Below are positions 60,798 to 64,000 of a DNA stretch of 64,000 bases, piece by piece. The stretch's first letter is position 1. Each line of letters opens with the position of its first letter. The position numbers were made by a program, and so were the translations under genes. Under the pieces are notes generated by a model. It saw only the letters and a program-made list of their open reading frames with translations. It was not told the DNA's origin and searched no databases. The stretch lies in assembly GCA_039096935.1 (NCBI GenBank), contig JBBPEE010000035.1, forward strand, positions 1-64,000, in the 5' to 3' direction. This DNA comes from Blastocystis sp. ATCC 50177/Nand II (taxonomy: Eukaryota).

Positions 60798-62310
60798 ATG
60801 CATACACAACTCGCAAAGAGCATCTACAAGACTGCATTACGTAGAGCCATTGCATTCGACAAGGAACCCGTGCTGAAAGTGGGGCTGTTCTCTTCTCCTT
60901 CTGATTGTAGTGTCTTATCACCCAGGAGTCCTTTGACCGGTACTACAATCAAATCAAAAATGGATCGACGAAAGAAAGAGACTATTGCAAAGATCGCCTG
61001 GACGCCTTTCTCTGGTTTCTCTTTCACACCCTTTCCACCTAGAAGTCATCACCAATTCTATTCCATGGATCGATCTCTCTCTGCGTTCCTTCGTCAACAA
61101 GTTCAACAAACAGGCGAAGAAGAGACAACTACATTGCATTTCTCTCTTCATCCAATTCAGTAGTAGCGCATTTCCTGCTCTGTTGCGTCTTTCCGATTAC
61201 CTTCATTCGTGTCTGTTGTACGCCAGCAATTCTGGATTCATCGCATCAAAGATGGAATCCACCCTTCCTGCCCCTCGTGATGGTGCTATTCGATCCTCCC
61301 CTTTCCCCGTAGTGCGTGAATGCTACGATCGGATTCATCCCTCTCTGGAAACGGAGACAAGAGACCAGTACGCTGGTTACGTACTCATCCAAAACCCTTC
61401 TGCGCTTCTTCAGATGAAGAACTGGGATGAAGACGATGATCGAGTGAAGGCACTGCTTTCCTCCTCCGTGGTAACCCCGTCTCCTCTCCCTCATTCCAGA
61501 TGTTCCTTCTCACCCCCATCCAGAACCAGTACCCGATGCTCTTCCTCAGCGAGTGCTTCCCACACCGCTCTCTCATTTCTAGTTCGCAGCACTCTGCCAA
61601 GAGCGCTCATGTCATGAAGATCCGTCTGGTCCGTCTCGCCTCCAAACTGCGTGGCATACCAGACCGTTCTGCCAGCCGTGAGGAAGCCACGCCGAAGGAG
61701 GGACGGCGTCGTGTCCGCCTGACCTTGGATCCGCAGACGCAGCACGCGCTGGACGGCCTGTCCGTCACTCCCTCAAACGCCGTCAACACCCCCATAAACG
61801 CCCTCAACACCCGCATCACCCCGCAGGAGGCGAAGCTGGACGGCTACAACTGGAAGCACGTGCTGCTGGGCGGCGCCTTCTCCCACCCCGTGGTGCTGTT
61901 TGACAAGACGCGCCTTAATCCCGCTGCGCTGACGCAAATCGAGTACGCGGACGAGACGGACACCGTCGCCTCCTCCACCGAGTACGAGCGCCTCCTCCGC
62001 ACGCTGTCGAGGACGGAAACGGACACAGTGCCGCTGTGCCTGGACTGCACGACGGTGTTCGCCTCATATCCTTCTGCCTTCCTCTGTCTCTCCTTCACTG
62101 CACCGTAAAGGAGATTGCGGAGACAACTCTTCGCCGTCGCCGTGGAGGATGTGCGCGACCTTCTGTTTAACTGTACGCCAGACAGGGCGGCGTGACGTGC
62201 AGGCACCATCGACCGACGCTTGATCTACCCGAATCTGCTGAAGCGGCTGGGGGGCGAGTTGGCGAAGTGTGCAGACGTCATTTACAATGTGCTGGCCCGT
62301 GTTGACTGTT
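60798..62310 (+). CDS. Hypothetical multi-exon protein, weakly DUF179 (YqgE/AlgH)-like
   Basis: Exon chain with GYVLIQNP, VLLGGAF, IYPNLLKRLGGELA. Resemblance only. Confidence 0.4.
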
Positions 62311-62330
62311 CTGTTTGCCACAAACACACG

Positions 62331-63754
62331 ACAAGTCCTTGCGTTCGTTCAGGCGCCGCTGCACAAGGTGGTTGGTCCACAGGAGGAGAGAGAAGGCGCA
62401 GAAGCACAGGGGAACGAGAACAGGGAGACACCTCCACCCGAAGGTCCGAATCACCCAGTCCACGGGGAGACCCGAGAAGACGCTTCCGAAGGGCGACATG
62501 AGACCGTTCAGGCTGATGACCGTGCTGGCGAGCCGCGCGTCCACGCTCTCCATGGCGATGAGCTCGCTGAAGGAGAAGGGGATGTAGAGGAAGAAGCCCA
62601 GCAGGAGGCACAGCAGGAGGAAGGCGAGCGGCGAGGAGGCCCACGGCAGCGCGGCAAAGACAATGCCCGCCAGGATGGACGCCGCCTCGCAGATGTGCGC
62701 ACGGGAGAGATGGTAGGCGTCCGACACATAGCCTAGTCGTGAGGGCGAAAAGAGGGGGCCACCACACCACAGTGTGCCCAGAATGCCGCCGATCTCGATG
62801 TAGCTGATGGCGGAGGGGACGTGGCTGCGAGTGAGGGGAGAGGAGACGGACGGGAGGACGGAAGGGGCGTGGAGGAGTCGCGGAAACACCAGCAACCACT
62901 CGCTGGTTGAAGGTGCTCTGCGGGTCATGGGGAGGGAGAAGTGCAACAATGAACACAGCGCCCAGAAGAAGCGAGAGGGAGAGAAGGGACTGGCATGACG
63001 ATTTGCCCTCAGACTCCTCCTCCTTGGAATCGAGTGATGCATAGGACATCTAGAGAGAACGGGTGGTTGGAAGGAATGACTTCGTCAGGCCGTTTCGAGG
63101 GATAGAGAGAATAGGAGGCAAATGCATTGCACAGGTTTGCAATGCTTAGCACATAAAAGATGGAGCTCGGATTCCCGTGGACAGCCCGCGAAAGCGTGTT
63201 GCAGAGAATGGTCCCGATGGAACTGCAGCAGCAAATCACCGACCAGTAGAATCCGCGCACTATGCCTCAGTAAGGAGAAGAGGGGGTACAATTATCTGGA
63301 AGCCACTGCTTGAAGACAATGCATAGGATCGGCCACAACGTTCCCATACACGCGTAGCCCACTACCCAGAGAGCGAAGAAATAGAGTAGTTTCCCGTTGT
63401 AGAGGAAGATGCCAGTCCTTCCAACGAGCAGAGGATTCCGACCATGCCGAAGAGAAGAGTGTACATCCGAAACAGGTTTCCCTTCACCACATGACTCGTG
63501 ATGAACTTGCTCAGCCCATACACGATAAAGGCCGTCGTATTCATCAGGGTATAGTTGGACTGCGTGAAGAACCCTCTCTGGATGAAATGCGGAGCGCATT
63601 CTCCCAGCGCCCTCCGAACCCTATTCCAACCCGTGCAGGACATAAAGAGAGGGAGGAGGATGTGGCCGAAGTAGAAGGAGCGCGATTCCTTCATGGGTTG
63701 GGAATGGAAATGAAGTCTCGTTTGTTGAATGGATTCGGGTTGTATCCTCTTCAA
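62331..63754 (-). CDS. MFS sugar-phosphate transporter (GlpT/UhpC/SLC37-like), multi-exon
   Basis: VYGLSKF, GTLWP..KQWLP, RGFYWSV, EIGGILG, GYVSD. Ends RKDL-T five nt before TGTTTGTG. Confidence 0.8.
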
Positions 63755-63772
63755 AGTGTTATTTGTGAATAG

Positions 63773-63948
63773 ATTGGGTGAAGACGGTCAATCACTAGGG
63801 AGATAGCGACTCTGTGGCAGCTGCATGTGGCTACATCGTTGGAGTTGCATTGGACGAGGAAGCGATTCCCAAGGAATGGTTGGCGCATTTCGAACTGAAG
63901 ACCATTCTTGCCTTCCAAGCGGAGAAGCTGCTTTCTCTTGTTCAGTGA
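63773..63948 (+). pseudogene. ADP-ribosylglycohydrolase C-terminal fragment
   Basis: WVKTVNH*GDSDSVAAACGYIVGVALDEEAIPKEW matches the VNHxGDSDS..G..G..IP..W family motif. In-frame TAG at 63796. Confidence 0.7.
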
Positions 63949-64000
63949 TGTTTTTGTTGTTACTCTCTTTTCACATATTCATCCAGATTGACTTCCCTAT

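Noticed and set aside
1..64000. tRNA, rRNA or prokaryotic operons/promoters
   Set aside because: None recognisable by eye; a covariance-model scan would be needed to exclude small ncRNAs.

Overview
Eukaryotic DNA, most likely from the gut stramenopile Blastocystis. The evidence is ~30-nt GT-AG introns, a TGTTTGTT motif at gene 3' ends (often with the stop codon apparently completed by polyadenylation), and BspA-like LRR/MORN gene families. Layout: (1) an LRR gene cut mid-exon and joined to the outer tip of a (CCCTAA)n telomeric tract at 1495-1639. (2) A ~25 kb subtelomere-like repeat domain (1640-26865) with a decayed PIF/Harbinger transposase, an endogenous CRESS-DNA-virus Rep helicase fragment, duplicated modules, 11-bp/30-bp minisatellites, an intact single-ORF APE-RT-CCHC non-LTR retrotransposon between ~540-bp direct repeats, and an internally deleted relative of it. 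(3) A ~14 kb run of glycan-biosynthesis genes (GT92-like x2, DUF1647, GT49/LARGE-like, fucosyltransferase-like x3, and a bacterial-type intronless UDP-HexNAc dehydrogenase). (4) A mosaic region with a CCCH zinc finger, a DUF3223+HNH ORF, a SAMHD1-like dNTPase, LRR genes, a second Harbinger fragment, a PurL pseudogene fragment, a pseudokinase-MORN-LRR gene, a GlpT/SLC37-like transporter and an ADP-ribosylglycohydrolase remnant. Two near-identical DD35D pogo-like transposons (46-bp TIRs, TA TSD) are inserted. Decayed elements show an apparent strand-coordinated C>G/C>T signature on the telomeric G-strand. All family calls come from motif recognition by eye, with no database searches. Exon boundaries are approximate unless stated.
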